A program made the position numbers and the translations under genes. Shown here piece after piece: positions 42,790-56,114 of a stretch of 64,000 bases of DNA. The notes beneath the pieces are model-generated. The model was not told where the DNA came from, searched no databases, and saw only the letters and a program-made list of their open reading frames with translations. The DNA comes from Octopus vulgaris (Eukaryota), in contig OX597825.1 of the NCBI GenBank assembly GCA_951406725.2, forward strand, positions 47,430,001 to 47,494,000, given 5' to 3'. The number at the start of each line of letters is the position of its first letter. Position 1 is the stretch's first letter.

Positions 42790-44879
42790 TCTCCGACTGA
42801 AGAATGATACTCAGTATATTGCCCAGATTCTATCCTCTCATTAAAACACACAAGGAGAACAACACGATCCAGATTAGACCCATCGTCTCCAGCGTAGAAG
42901 GACCCCTTTATAAAATACCCTGGCTACTTTCTCATTTCCGGAAACCCATACTCTCCACCTTCCATGGACACGTCAAGAACTCCGATGAAGTCATCAAAAG
43001 ACTGCGCCAACTACCCCCCCCCCCCAGATCAACTCAGACAAAACAGATATGTCTTTAGTCTTGACGTTGTCTCTATGTACACAACAGTGCCAGCACATTT
43101 GGCGGTCAACCTATTGATTGACTGAATAATTGCGTCCGACATCCACTGCTTCGGACTTACTACAGTTGATATACATCAACTTTTATCCATCATCGTGGAC
43201 AACACATACTTCTCTTTCCAGGACCACATATACAAACAGACAACAGGTCTCCTCATGGGATCCATAGTATCTAGCCATCACCTATATGAACCACCTGGAA
43301 CGTCGAGCACTGAACATCTGCCGCTCATGCGCCTTCTTCATCAGGTATATAGATGACATCCTCATACTCACATCCTCCCGTGAAGAGGCTGACAGAATAT
43401 TCCCGACGTTCAGCAGCATGAACACGAACATAAAGTTCACTATAGAACATCCCGACAACACTGGATCACTATCACTACTTGACTTCCAACTGAAAATAAC
43501 AGAAGGAGAGATTCATACCGAGTTCTACAGAAAAGCAACCAGTAGTGGTATATTTGTCCACTACAGTTCAGCGCTTCCACTCGGTGACAAGTTAGGATAC
43601 GCCAGATATGAACTTGAACGCATCCAGTGCATATGCAGCAGGACAGAAGACATGGTGACCTACACTACACGCTTCCTAGAAATATTACACACCACCCAGA
43701 TAAACCCAACACACACGGACACATACAGAACCTCTGATAAATACAACACACTTACACACACATACACACCTACACAAGCCCCCACACACATACATATGCA
43801 CTCTCACACACACATACACACACACCACAAGGACAATTAAAACACAAACATACTCAGACGGACACAACACACACACTCACGCACACACACATAACATCCC
43901 CACCAAGACAAAAAACACACAAACATACTCAGACAGAGACACACACACACTCATGTGCACATACACTCACATACACACACTCACGTACACACACTAACAT
44001 CCCCACCAACACAAAAAACACACAAGCATACACATGCACCCACAGGTGCACACATTCACACTCGCGAACAAACACATACACACACATGCGCACACACAAC
44101 GCCCTAACAAATATTAATCACACACACACCATACTACCAAATATAAAACACACACAGACACATTTACACACACCACAATAATCTCTGGAACTAATCAAAA
44201 ACGGCTCACACACACAAACACAAACACATGTATATATACACACATAGAGACGTACACAGTGACACACACACTCACACGATTCTGACCTCTAAGACCAGTC
44301 CCCAAAACCACTGAACCATGACAGACTAACCCAGACACAAAAATCCTTTCAATTCCACATTGCTCTTCCTTCCCTCACCCCAACCAACCTCCCTCACTGT
44401 CCCTTAAAATAATACACAACCCTGAGCTTCGCACCAAATAAAAAAAAATGCTAAAACAGGTCAGTTCAACTCAAATTCTTTGTAAACTTCTAAATATATC
44501 CCCTTCTGTGTATATAAATACTACCAAACATGATTTTTATTGAACTTCTAATACTTTTCTGTGTAAGTATATAGATACTTCCAAACAAACATGCTTTCTA
44601 TTGAACTCCTAATATTTTTATCGGACTTTTTGTTTAATATTTTCTCAGATATTTCCATGTAAACTGTTTTGAACATTTTCTTATTATCAAAGAATGTATA
44701 TATGTATTTTAATACTTTTGTAACAACCAGTACTTAACACAACAAAGCTTATACAAAGCTTTACATTTTACTTTTGATAATCATTTTAAAAAAAGTGAAA
44801 CCGTCAAATGAATAAACATCTTTAAAATTGCATTTTCAAACCTTCTTTCATATATATTTCCAATCGTGCAGTATCTTAC

Positions 44880-44880
<1 letters not shown>
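42790..44880 (+). mobile_element. Second Penelope-like element (different family): decayed RT followed by a CA-rich tract and terminal repeat
   Basis: FYPLIKTHK, IRPIVSS, SLDVVSMYT, IRYIDDIL, LSLLDF, FYRKAT. Confidence 0.85.
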
Positions 44881-44929
<49 letters not shown>

Positions 44930-45033
44930 AACAAAGGGTAATAATATGGATTACTACCAGTGGCCCAGCACAAAAGACTAATTAGTCATTAGACAAAATA
45001 TTATTCATACAGAAAAATGTTATTCATATAGAA

Positions 45034-45160
45034 ATATAATTAAGGGCTCCTAAATAAGGATGCCAAGTGCTAGGGGCACAAAAAAAGGATAGATTTTCAC
45101 TCTCGATAAATCTATCCTTTTTTTGTGCCCCTAGCACTTGGCATCCTTATTTAGGAGCCC

Positions 45161-45170
<10 letters not shown>
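45034..45170. repeat. Perfect 63-bp inverted repeat ending a TE terminal fragment (44935-45170; related to 32310-32450)
   Basis: 45034-45096 is the exact reverse complement of 45108-45170. Confidence 0.9.
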
Positions 45171-45214
<44 letters not shown>

Positions 45215-46039
45215 GTACTTCAAGACATACACACGCATACAAACTCGTGTATGTTCTCGCGCATTCACACACATGCACACTCGTTTGTATCCATTTTTGT
45301 ATATATATAAATTTTTTTTCATACAAAAAAGCATGCATACAAACACACACACGTGTATACTCATGTGTATGTGTATATATACACACGGCCGCACACACAC
45401 ACATACACACGCAGGCCCGTATGTGTACATATATATATTTACATATCCCCACATACAAATCCATACTTATATAAAATATCTATACACTTACTCATGCATA
45501 CACACATGTACCCGTATGCATGCTCATATATGTATTGACACATTTATACACATACATATACTCACCTCTCTCTTCCTCCTATCACTTTCTTCTGGCCACT
45601 AACACACCCTTTCTCTTCATTTCATTTTTGTCTCCCTCCCTTTTGCTTCTTCTCTTTTTCCTCCCATTCTCTCTTCCTGTTTTCGGTTTGACCTATCTCT
45701 TCTTTCTAATCAAATATATCTCTCCTCCCTCTATCTATCCATTAACACTACCAACACAATTTAATTCACACAAAAAAAAAACTTCAATCGGCCAACACTT
45801 TTACAAGACTCTATGCTTGGAACGACAAATATAACCAGCATTGGGAACTCACACACCAGGTACAAGAAAATTTCTTTACCAAAAAGTTTTTTTCACCACT
45901 TATATACACGATTCTACTTGAATAATGGAACTGCAAATACAATATCCTAATGTAACTCACTTCGACATTCATTCTCTTACTTTCCTCTGCATTTCATATC
46001 TTCTCTTCAATAATTAATACTCAAACATTTTCTAGCAAC

Positions 46040-46087
46040 GTTTCTGATGACGGGATATATAAAATATCCCGGAAACAGCTGTAAGAC
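46040..46087 (+). ncRNA. Minimal type I hammerhead ribozyme, canonical core
   Basis: GTTT-CTGATGA-CGGGATAT ataaa ATATCCCG-GAA-AC AGCT GT-A-AGAC; 8-bp stem II, palindrome ACAGCTGT. Confidence 0.88.
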
Positions 46088-46150
46088 CTTTTCTTGATAA
46101 ATGTTATGAAATCTATTTACTGCCCTGGTTTTTTAAAATCTCATTCTGTC

Positions 46151-46203
<53 letters not shown>

Positions 46204-46284
46204 TGTATGTATAAAGAGGACAACAAAGGGTAAGACAAGACAAACATTTCATGATATATCTTTATACTATTAGAAAAATTTTAA

Positions 46285-46340
46285 GTCTTACAGCTGTTTC
46301 TGGGGTATCCTAAAATATGGGATATGCCATCATCGGAGAC
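46285..46340 (-). ncRNA. Minimal hammerhead motif (U4>C)
   Basis: Minus strand reads GTCT-CCGATGA-TGGcaTATCC catatttta GGATAccCCA-GAA-AC AGCT GT-A-AGAC. Confidence 0.65.
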
Positions 46341-48675
46341 AAATAGGGAAAATGTGAAGGGTATAAATTAAGTAAACGATGAAATAAAGGACTGGCGAAA
46401 AAGAAATAAAGAATTGAAAAAAGAAAGCTGCGATTATAGCCATCATAATGTGAGTAGTGCAGATATCTAGAGAAGAACGTGATCATTCATTGAAAAACAT
46501 TGCTTGAAGCAAGTAAAAGAATAAAAGAGGTAATCTCTTTTGTGTATAAATGTACACTAATTTTATTTGAAAAATATGTTGTCCATTTGACTATTTTATG
46601 CATGCTAGGCCACTTGTAGAAATGTTCTCTTCTACCCTATATTTTCTTAATATGATTTTCAGTAATTTTGAAGAAAGTCGGCAAATAAAGTTTTTATTTG
46701 CTGCCAACGATAACTGCGTTATATACTTTATATATATAATATATGTATGTTATGTGTAAATGAAATTTTCATGATTAAAGCCAACCTTCCGCTTGTAAAT
46801 TCTCTTAAGGAGAGAAATGTTTCCTGCTTTCACAAGACCGAGCACACCTTTTCAAAATACCATTAGTAATAATTATCTAATTCCCACTAGCACTAGCGCC
46901 ACTAGTATCATAATAACAATATTCGTATTCTTAACACTTTCCTGCACATGGTCACCATATAATGTATGCAACATCCCCCCATTGCGCTGTATGCCATGGT
47001 TCTTCCCACCTTAACTAGTTTGCAATTAAGCTTTTTCTATGTAGGTGCCAGAATATACTTTTGGGTGTATGTATGTACGAATATATGCATGTATGCTGCG
47101 TGTGCAAATGTATATATGTATGTATACATGTATGTGTGTGCACATATAAGTACATGCGATTGTAACCCTATTTCAGTGTGTGTATGTGTAGGTATAGGTC
47201 TTTGTGTATATAGGTATGTTTATTGTGCCTGTATGTATGAGTGTGCGCTGTTTGAGTGTATATATACATGTATAAGTATGTATGTGTATATGTGTGTGTA
47301 TATGTATATATATATATATATATATACACATATATGTACGTATATATAATTATGTGTGAGTCTATTTTTGTGTACATGTATATGTACATATATATGTGGA
47401 TGTGTATATATGTGTATATATATATACACATATATACACATATGTTTGTGTGTGCGGTTGTATATACAGGCTTATATAGGTATAGATATGGGCATGTGTA
47501 TGTATGCACATATGTACATATATATATGGGTATATATGAGAGGCTATGTAAGAAACCACAGGCTTTTGATGTTTACACACATATGTATCCATAGTTGTGG
47601 AAATGGATATATACTTGTGTGCACTTGTGTGGAGACAAGTGTGTGAGTAAGGGCCAGTATGGATTTGCATGTATATAATGGTGTACACACGCGGATATGA
47701 GTGTGAATGTATATCTGATTAGTATTAATATAGGTGCATTTGTGTGTCTGTAGATATACTTGTATGTATACTTGCTGGAGTACTCCATACTGCTATTAGG
47801 AATACTCTACATAAACCTAGCTTATACTCTGGGGCTAAGGTCCCTCTCTTATGAACCTTTTGAAAATACACGCGGTACTAGTTTATCATACATACTAACG
47901 CTTAGTAATTGAAATGGGTTCACCATCATAGGTTGCTTATGCCATACTATCCGCAACGTTGTACCTACTAGCTTGCACTTTACATATAAACGTTCACCTC
48001 CGTAACGCGGACCATACCTTCAAATCCACCACTGTATTTCTATGTAAACATAATGTGATTTTCTATGTAAACATAATGCGAACTACTACCTAAATTCACC
48101 CTTACTCAAAAAAACCCTCCTGAGAACGATTATATTCACCTATCAACAATTGGACGAAATAACATGATTCTTGGATTACCCTCATGGGACGTGTGTAGCT
48201 TATTCCCCTTCCTGCACCCAAATAATTTTAATAAGTTGTGCTTCACTAACATCATTATATTTGCTCCTATTCTTTTTCTGCCCTTTCAAAAAGACAAACA
48301 AACTGTACCTATTGTTAACTGTTTCTTATATGTATTAACCCTCCCAACCGCTTAGACACTCTGAAGAAGCCTTGAGGCACATTCATCAACCAAACTTTGT
48401 CTGCCCACCCCTGCAGAGCACTGAGGAGATTGAGATGGCATGGAGGATTTCGTTTCCTCTTGGCAGAAACGGTCATAATAAACTAGAACCTACTACCAAT
48501 CTGATCTTTTTCTCTTTTGCTCTTTTCTGTAATATTAGTACATGTGTATGTAGCACATAGTTATTACATGTGTATGTATTCTTCTAACACTTTCAAATAT
48601 TTTGGAATAAATAGACATACTAGAATGTCTACCGGCTTACGTATGTCGTTTGTGCATCGTCACCATTTTCTTGTT

Positions 48676-48717
<42 letters not shown>

Positions 48718-48774
48718 TAGAAAAATAACCACCTTTTATCAAAAAATGAACAATGGAGCAAGTTGTACTCAAAC

Positions 48775-50990
48775 CAACCAACCAACTAGGGCGAATAACA
48801 TTCTGAATATCTACTTCACGAACAATATGGACATCATTCATGATGTGAAAGTGACACCGACATTAGTCTCGGATCACAACATAAAAGAGCTGTCTATGTT
48901 TGGACTGAAAGTAACCAGAGACACAGCCTAAAGGAAGCACCCGAAATCTCTCCATTCTGAACTTCCACAAAGCAGATTGGAAATCGATCTAAAAAGAGAT
49001 CCTCAGAGAGGACTGGCCGAAATGTCTCTCCACACCAGACATTGACATGAAACTAGAATGTTTCATGTCTTCTGTGCAAGCTGTATGCCAGAAATTTGTC
49101 CCAGAGCACAAGGCCAAAACAAATAGGAGCAAGATTCCAAGAGACAGGAAGATCCTCATGAGTCGACGGATGAAGGTTGCAAATCGACTCAACCAACATC
49201 CCAAAAGTAGCGAAACGTCCCGCCTAAAAACAACACTGATGGAAATCGAAAAAAAGGCTGCAACAATCCTATGTGAGAGAGAAAGCAGACAAAGAAGCCT
49301 GGGTTATAAAAAACATTAAATCAAACCTTCTTTCATTACGCGAAAGAAACAGTCTCAGTACACTACAAGATAGGACCTCTCCTCTAAAAGGATGGCTCCC
49401 TCACAGACATTCCAACTAAGATCAGTGAGATATTGAATGACCAGTTCAAAAGTGTCTTTACCACCCCGTTGGAACACAGACAAGTAACCGAACCAGTGAA
49501 CTTCTTTGCCGCCTCACCTATAACCAGCGAGGCAGTTACAATAGAATACATTGACATTAGCGAAGAAGATGTACTACTAGCTATAGATGAAGTGGACGCA
49601 AACTCAACTGCTGGCCCTGATGGTTTCCCAGCAATCCTCCTCAAAGCGTGCAAGCATGCCCTGGCAAAACCCCTCAAGATTCTCTTCCAGAGCTTTCTTA
49701 CAAATGGCAAACTGCCAAACAAGCTGAAGGAGGGAATAATATGCCCAATACATAAAGGGGGAAGTAGAGCAGATGCCAAAAACTATAGGCCTATCTCTCT
49801 GACTTCACACATCACCAAAGTCGTGGAGCAAAGTCAGAAAGAAACTAATCGCATTCCTTGAGGAAAATAACTTGCTGAGTGATACCCAGCATGGTTTTCG
49901 ACCAGGTAGGAGCTGCCTGACCCAGCTCTTACAACATTATGACTGGGTGTTGAGGCAGTTACTCAACAAATCAAATGTGGACGTAATATACCTTGATTTT
50001 GCAAAAGCTTTCGACAAGGTGGTTCATGGTATGATATGTCACAAACTTCGTGACCTCGGCATAGCTGGAAAACTTGGAGTGTGGTTGCATGACTTCCTGA
50101 AAGATAGGAGTCAGGCAGTAGTGGTTAATGGAGCCACCTCTATGAACACACAAATAGTGAGCGGTGTTCCACAGGGCACTGTCTTGGGACCACTGCTTTT
50201 TATAGTGGCCCTCTCAGATATGCCCTCAAATGCCCGGATAGCCACTCTGGCCAGCTATGCAGACGATACGAAAGTCTCGCAGAAAATACAGAACCCCAGC
50301 GATGTTGCACACCTGCAGCAGGAGTTGGACGTAATCTACAGATGGGCTGAGGATAATAATATGCAGTTTAATGCTGAAAAATTCCAGGCCCTGCGCTACC
50401 AGCATCCAAAACTGAATATTAAACTTACAAGGTTCACCGGTCCACAGGGAATTTCAATCCCAGAGCCTAAGTCTGTGAGAGACCTGGGTATCAACATGAG
50501 TGATGATACCTCTTTCCATGTGCACATTACCAGGATGGCGACAAAGTGCAGACGACTGGCTGGGTGGATCCTAAGAACATTCAGAACCAGACATAAGGAA
50601 ACTATCGTGTATGCATGTATATATATATATATATATATATATGAATCTATCTATATATGTATATGTATGTGTGTATGTCTATATATGTATGTAAGTATAT
50701 ACATACACATATATATAGATGAATGTAGTCAATATATAATGTATATATATATATATTATATATATATACTTGCACAAAGTAGATGTAGCGGTTTTTAAAT
50801 CAAAGCTGGACCTCTTCCTGTCGAGAGTCCCAGATGAACCTACCTCACGGCAAGAGGTGCAAATGAGGGTAGCTATATCAAACTCCATTCTTCACCAAGT
50901 GCCACATATTAGAGGAGGCCCTTAGTAATAACAGTGTAGGGCAAAACGGCGGTGCATCAGCATGGCCGCAACTCTGAGCTGAAACAAAAA
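48775..50990 (+). mobile_element. CR1/L2-group LINE copy, 5'-truncated, with an internal deletion replaced by microsatellite (50605-50768)
   Basis: ORFs 49433-49861 and 49872-50603 with YLDFAKAFDKV, GVPQG, YADDTK; 3' tail at 50945-50990. Confidence 0.9.
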
Positions 50991-51099
50991 AAAAAAAAAC
51001 AAATAACAAAGAAATTAAGTTAGGAATAATATTTCCTGAAATAATTATTATTATATATATTATATATATAATAACTATATATACATATATTTTTTTTTC

Positions 51100-52394
51100 T
51101 AGTTTCAGCTCAGAGCTGCGGCCATGCTGATGCACCGCCTTTTTGTGCTACACTGTTATTGCCACGAACCTCGTCTAATATGTGGCACTTGGTGAAGAAT
51201 GGAGTTTGATACAGCTACTCTCATTTGCACCTCTTGCCGTGAGGTAGGTTCATCTGGGACTCTTGACAGGAAGAGGTTCAGCTTTGATTTAAAAACCGCT
51301 ACATCTACTTTGTGCAAGTTCCTCAGACTCTTTGGGAGAATATTAAAATGCTGTGGGCCCTTGAAACCCAGGCTGTAGCAGAAGCTGGTCCTGAAGCGTG
51401 ATGGCATTGCTGGAATCTTTGGCACTATGCAGTGTCGTCCCGTTCTAGCATTGGTGTAGCTTACAATGCCAAAATTTGGCACAATTCCTTCCAGGATCTT
51501 CCAGACATATATTACTGCATACCTCTCCCGTCTTCTCTCCAGGGAGTAGAGTCTCAGCTGTTTCAACCTTTCCCAGTAGCTGAGCTGTTGCAAAGAGACG
51601 ATCTTCTTTGTGAATCTTCTCTGGATTACTTCAAGGTCTGCTGTTAATTTTACACTGGTGGGTGACCATAGCTGTAAGCAGTAATCCAGGCGGCTGAGGA
51701 CGAATGTCCGCCAGAGGACCATCATGGTTTCCTTATCGCTGGTTCTGAATGTTCTTAGGATCCACCCAGCCAGTCGTCTACACTTTGTCGCCATCCTGGT
51801 AATGTGCACTTGGAAAGAGGTATCATTACTCATGTCGATACCCAGGTCCCTCACAGACTTAGGCTCTGGGATTGAAATTCCCTGTGGACCGGTGTATCCT
51901 GTAAGTTTAATATTCAGTTTTGGATGCTGGTAGCGCAGGGCCTGGAATTTTTCAGCATTAAACTGCATATTATTATCCTCAGCCCATCTGTAGATTGAGT
52001 CCAACTCCTGCTGCAGGTGTGCAACATCGCTGGGGTTCTGTATTTTCTGCGAGACTTTCGTATCGTCTGCATAGCTGGCCAGAGTGGCTATCCGGGCATT
52101 TGAGGGCATATCTGAGAGGGCCACTATAAAAAGCAGTGGTCCCAAGACAGTGCCCTGTGGAACACCGCTCACTGTTTGTGTGTTCATAGAGGTGGCTCCA
52201 TTAACCACTACTGCCTGACTCCTATCTTTCAGGAAGTCATGCAACCACACTCCACGTTTTCCAGCTATGCCGAGGTCACGTAGTTTGTGGCATATCATAC
52301 CATGATCCACCTTGTCGAAAGCTTTTGCAAAATCAAGGTAGATTACGTCCACATTTGACTTGTTGAGTAACTGCCTCAACACCCAGTCATAATG

Positions 52395-52397
<3 letters not shown>
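51100..52397 (-). mobile_element. CR1/L2-group LINE 3' portion with open RT, tail-to-tail with the previous copy
   Basis: Open frame from QHYDWVLRQ to HIRRGSWQ*; nearly identical to 49934-50985. Confidence 0.92.
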
Positions 52398-52441
<44 letters not shown>

Positions 52442-52504
52442 CATATATATATGTACATATATATATATACATACACATGTATGTATGTATATATGTATAC
52501 ATAC

Positions 52505-52549
<45 letters not shown>

Positions 52550-52654
52550 TTCATTTATACATATATAGACATATATACATATGTATATAGATGTAGACAT
52601 ATATATGCATGTTTATATACATACATGCATACACACACACACACATATCTATGA

Positions 52655-53198
52655 AAATCAGTGCGTTATCTGGTTATTGACATGAGCAATGATGCATCTT
52701 TTATTTGTTAATAAAAAGCAGACGACTGGTTGGAGGGATCCTCCGAATTTTCAATACAACATAAAAGGAGACAGTGATTGTCCTTTGGAGGGCACGCGTT
52801 GTCAGCCTCTTGGACTATTGCTCTCAACTATAGTTACTACACAATATAAAATTAAAGGCGAAACTCGAACCAATCAAACGAAGCTACAATAAGAAAATCG
52901 TCTCAATCGAATGTATTAGTCACTGGGAATGATTGAAAGAATTAAAACTCTTCTCTCTAGAATGAAGACATGAAAGATATTCCAGGATATACATCTTGAA
53001 AATCCTGGAAGGCCTTGTATCAAGTATTGGCATTGAAAGTTACACAAACAGCAGAACAGGGCGCCACTCCATAGTGACAAAGATCCCTGCATCTCCAACA
53101 AAATACAGGAGGAGATACTGCAACAGCTTGGGTTTCAATGACCCACCGCGATTCAATATTCTTCAAAATGCCCGAGGGATTTGCATAGTGTGGATATA
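52655..53198 (+). mobile_element. Older decayed fragment of the same LINE group
   Basis: KILEGLVSSIGIESYTNSRTGRH...YCNSLGF. Confidence 0.75.
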
Positions 53199-53306
53199 GG
53201 TGTTCGAAACGTTAAAGACTTTTTCATTTCCCGAGCGTTATACTAATACATCTGTTTGTTTTCTACACGACGTGTCTTCGTCTTTTGTTTTTTTTTTGTG
53301 AATTCT

Positions 53307-53478
<172 letters not shown>

Positions 53479-54040
53479 ATATATATATATACGTATATAT
53501 TTCTTTTTTAGGTTTGGCTTGCAAGATTCTCTATGAGGGTTCGTGTGTTGGAGCATATTGTGTCCGGAGTTAGTCATTCTCTGTTAGCGCCTTATAATTT
53601 AACACACAAACCGGTAAAATTTCAACTCGTTTACTTATTTTTCACAAATTTTCGTTGCGTCTTGCAAACTTTGCAGTAGTTGCTTCTGTCCGTTATTCAG
53701 GCAGCGTTCTGTTTGTTTGTTTGTGCGCATGTGTGTGAGTCAGTGTGTGTACGCATACACATGTATGTATGTATGTATGTATGTATGTATGTATGTATGT
53801 ATGTATGTCTGCATGCATGCATGTATGCATGTATGTATGTGTAATGGGGCTCGAGTATACAGGGGTGCTAGAAAGAAGTTAGATGACATTGTGTAATGAG
53901 ACCAGTGGTACCTGCCATAGATATAGAAGCAAAGACTGGAATAGGATACAAAGGGTTTGTTAAATTGTAAGGCACTAAAAGAGAATGACTCTCCCCAGAC
54001 ATATCAGAATACTGCTTATATATGTACATATATTCTTTTA

Positions 54041-54263
54041 TTCTTTTACTTGTTTCAGTCATTTGACTGCGGCTTAGCTGGAGCACCACCTTTAGTCGAA
54101 CAAATCGACTTTAGGGTTTATTCTTTGTAAACCTAGTACTTATTTTATTGGTCTCTTTTATCGAACCGCTAAGTTACGAGGACATAAACACACCAGCATC
54201 TGTTGTCAGGCGACGGCGGGGAAACATACACACACACTCACATACATACACACACACACACAG

Positions 54264-54302
<39 letters not shown>

Positions 54303-54454
54303 GATGGGCTTTAAGTTTCCGTTTGCCAAATCTACTCACAAGTCTTTGGTCAACCCGAGGCTATAGTAGAAGATACTTGCACAAGTTGCCACGCAGTGGA
54401 ACTGTACCCAGAACCATGTGGTTCGGATGCAAGCTTCTTACCACTCAGCCACGC

Positions 54455-54455
<1 letters not shown>
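54041..54455 (-). mobile_element. tRNA-derived SINE
   Basis: Colinear with 30310-30702. Confidence 0.85.
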
Positions 54456-54531
<76 letters not shown>

Positions 54532-54986
54532 CCTGTGTGCATGTATATGTAGCTATATATGTATATATATTATATGTATGTATCTATCTATATGCATATA
54601 TACATACATATGTGTGTATCACATTTTTGTGCAGAAATGTACTATCTATCAATAACCCTGTAGAAAATTATATGCATGCCCATCTTGATGACTTCTGCTC
54701 CTTTCAGTTTCTTTGCGATATTCATTAATTTATGATTATTTGTAGTATCTTTTCAGTGTCTATTATTTTTCTTTGTTTTAAAATCGAAGCTATATATAAA
54801 TTATAGTTAGATGTCATCAAGCAATTTTGTTTATCGTGGAGTGAATTTACAATTTTCTAGTGTTGTCTATGTACCAATACTATGTATGTGTAAACGTTGC
54901 ATATAGTTTGATTGTATCTTTCTGTAAATATTTGTAACATGTCTATAAGTTGCATCTTTACTGCAAGATAAATCTAATTCGCACAC

Positions 54987-54994
54987 TGACGTCA
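54987..54994. promoter_or_regulatory. Palindromic CRE (TGACGTCA) upstream of the KLHL10-like gene
   Basis: Exact motif about 155 bp upstream of the ATG; putative 5'UTR intron 55054-55145 (CAG|GTAAAA...TTGCAG). Confidence 0.4.
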
Positions 54995-55147
54995 TTAAGA
55001 CTTATGACGAACAGTTGGGGAATTCATGTCAACTATAAGGCGTTATTTCTCAGGTAAAATTGAAATCAAAATAACAAAGCGAGATAATATTATTATTTTC
55101 AATAGAGGTAAAGTAAAAAGGTTACTTTTAAAGTTGAAATTGCAGTG

Positions 55148-56114
55148 ATGAATTCCAAGAGTTCACTCAGAAAGTCAAACAATCAGCTGCAGAAAGAAAT
55201 GTTTTCTGAAACACGGCACGTCCTTGTAGAACTTCGGGAATCAGGACAACTTTGTGATGGTGTAATAAAAGTAATCGGAGAATCAATATATATCCATCGC
55301 GCCATATTATCGGCTTGTAGTCCTTACTTCCGGGCACTTTTTACCAATGAAAATTTCGACACCAATCGCAAGGAAGTCACTATTACAGACATTTCTTCCG
55401 AAAATATGCGCCATATAATTGAGTATGCTTACACCCAAACATGCCAAATAACAAGTGAAAATGTCAAAGATATATTGGTTGCTGCTGATTTTTTTCAAAT
55501 CTCTGGATTACAAAAGACGTGTTCTGAATTCATTCTTTCTGAACTTTCTCCATATAATTGCATTAGTATTAAGAAGTTTTCTCAAAAGTATTTCTGTTCT
55601 AAACTCATTAATGCCGCACACAAATTCATTTTACAAAATTTTGCTGAAGTTTACAAGGTATCCGAAGACTTTCTAGAATTAAATCTAGAAGATGTTTGTG
55701 AAATCATTAAAGCAGATGAATTAAATCTGAAATCGGAAGAGATTGCATTTGAAGCCATTATTCGATGGATTAATCATAATCCGGACGAAAGAAAATCTCA
55801 TATCATTAAGTTGATGCGATATGTTCGTTTTGGTTTGTTATCGACGCAGTATTTTCTTCTGACTGTAAAGAATCATGAATACTTACGAGTTGATGAAGAA
55901 TGCAAGAATTTTGTGTTAGAAACCTTAAATTTACTCTTTGATCTTGACATGGGACGGGTACACAATGAACAAGACAACCTTATGTCAAGGCCCCGTATGC
56001 CACATGAGATTCTCTTCGCTATCAGTGGTTGGAGTGGCAGCAGTCCTACAAATACTGTTGAAGTTTACAATCCACGAGCAGATCGCTGGATTAGAAGTAG
56101 AAGTGTAAAATCTG
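55148..56114 (+). CDS. KLHL10: Kelch-like protein 10-like, first coding exon (BTB, BACK and start of Kelch 1)
   Basis: GQLCDGVIKV...HRAILSACSPYFRALFT, IIEYAYT, NCISI, FLEL, FEAIIRWINH, PRMPHEILFAISGWSGSSPTNTVEVY; phase-1 donor G|GTTTGT at 56114/56115. Confidence 0.9.

Noticed and set aside
48355-48480. CTGAAGA-AGCC...GGCA-GAAACGGTCAT
   Set aside because: No convincing stem I or stem III; at most a decayed motif
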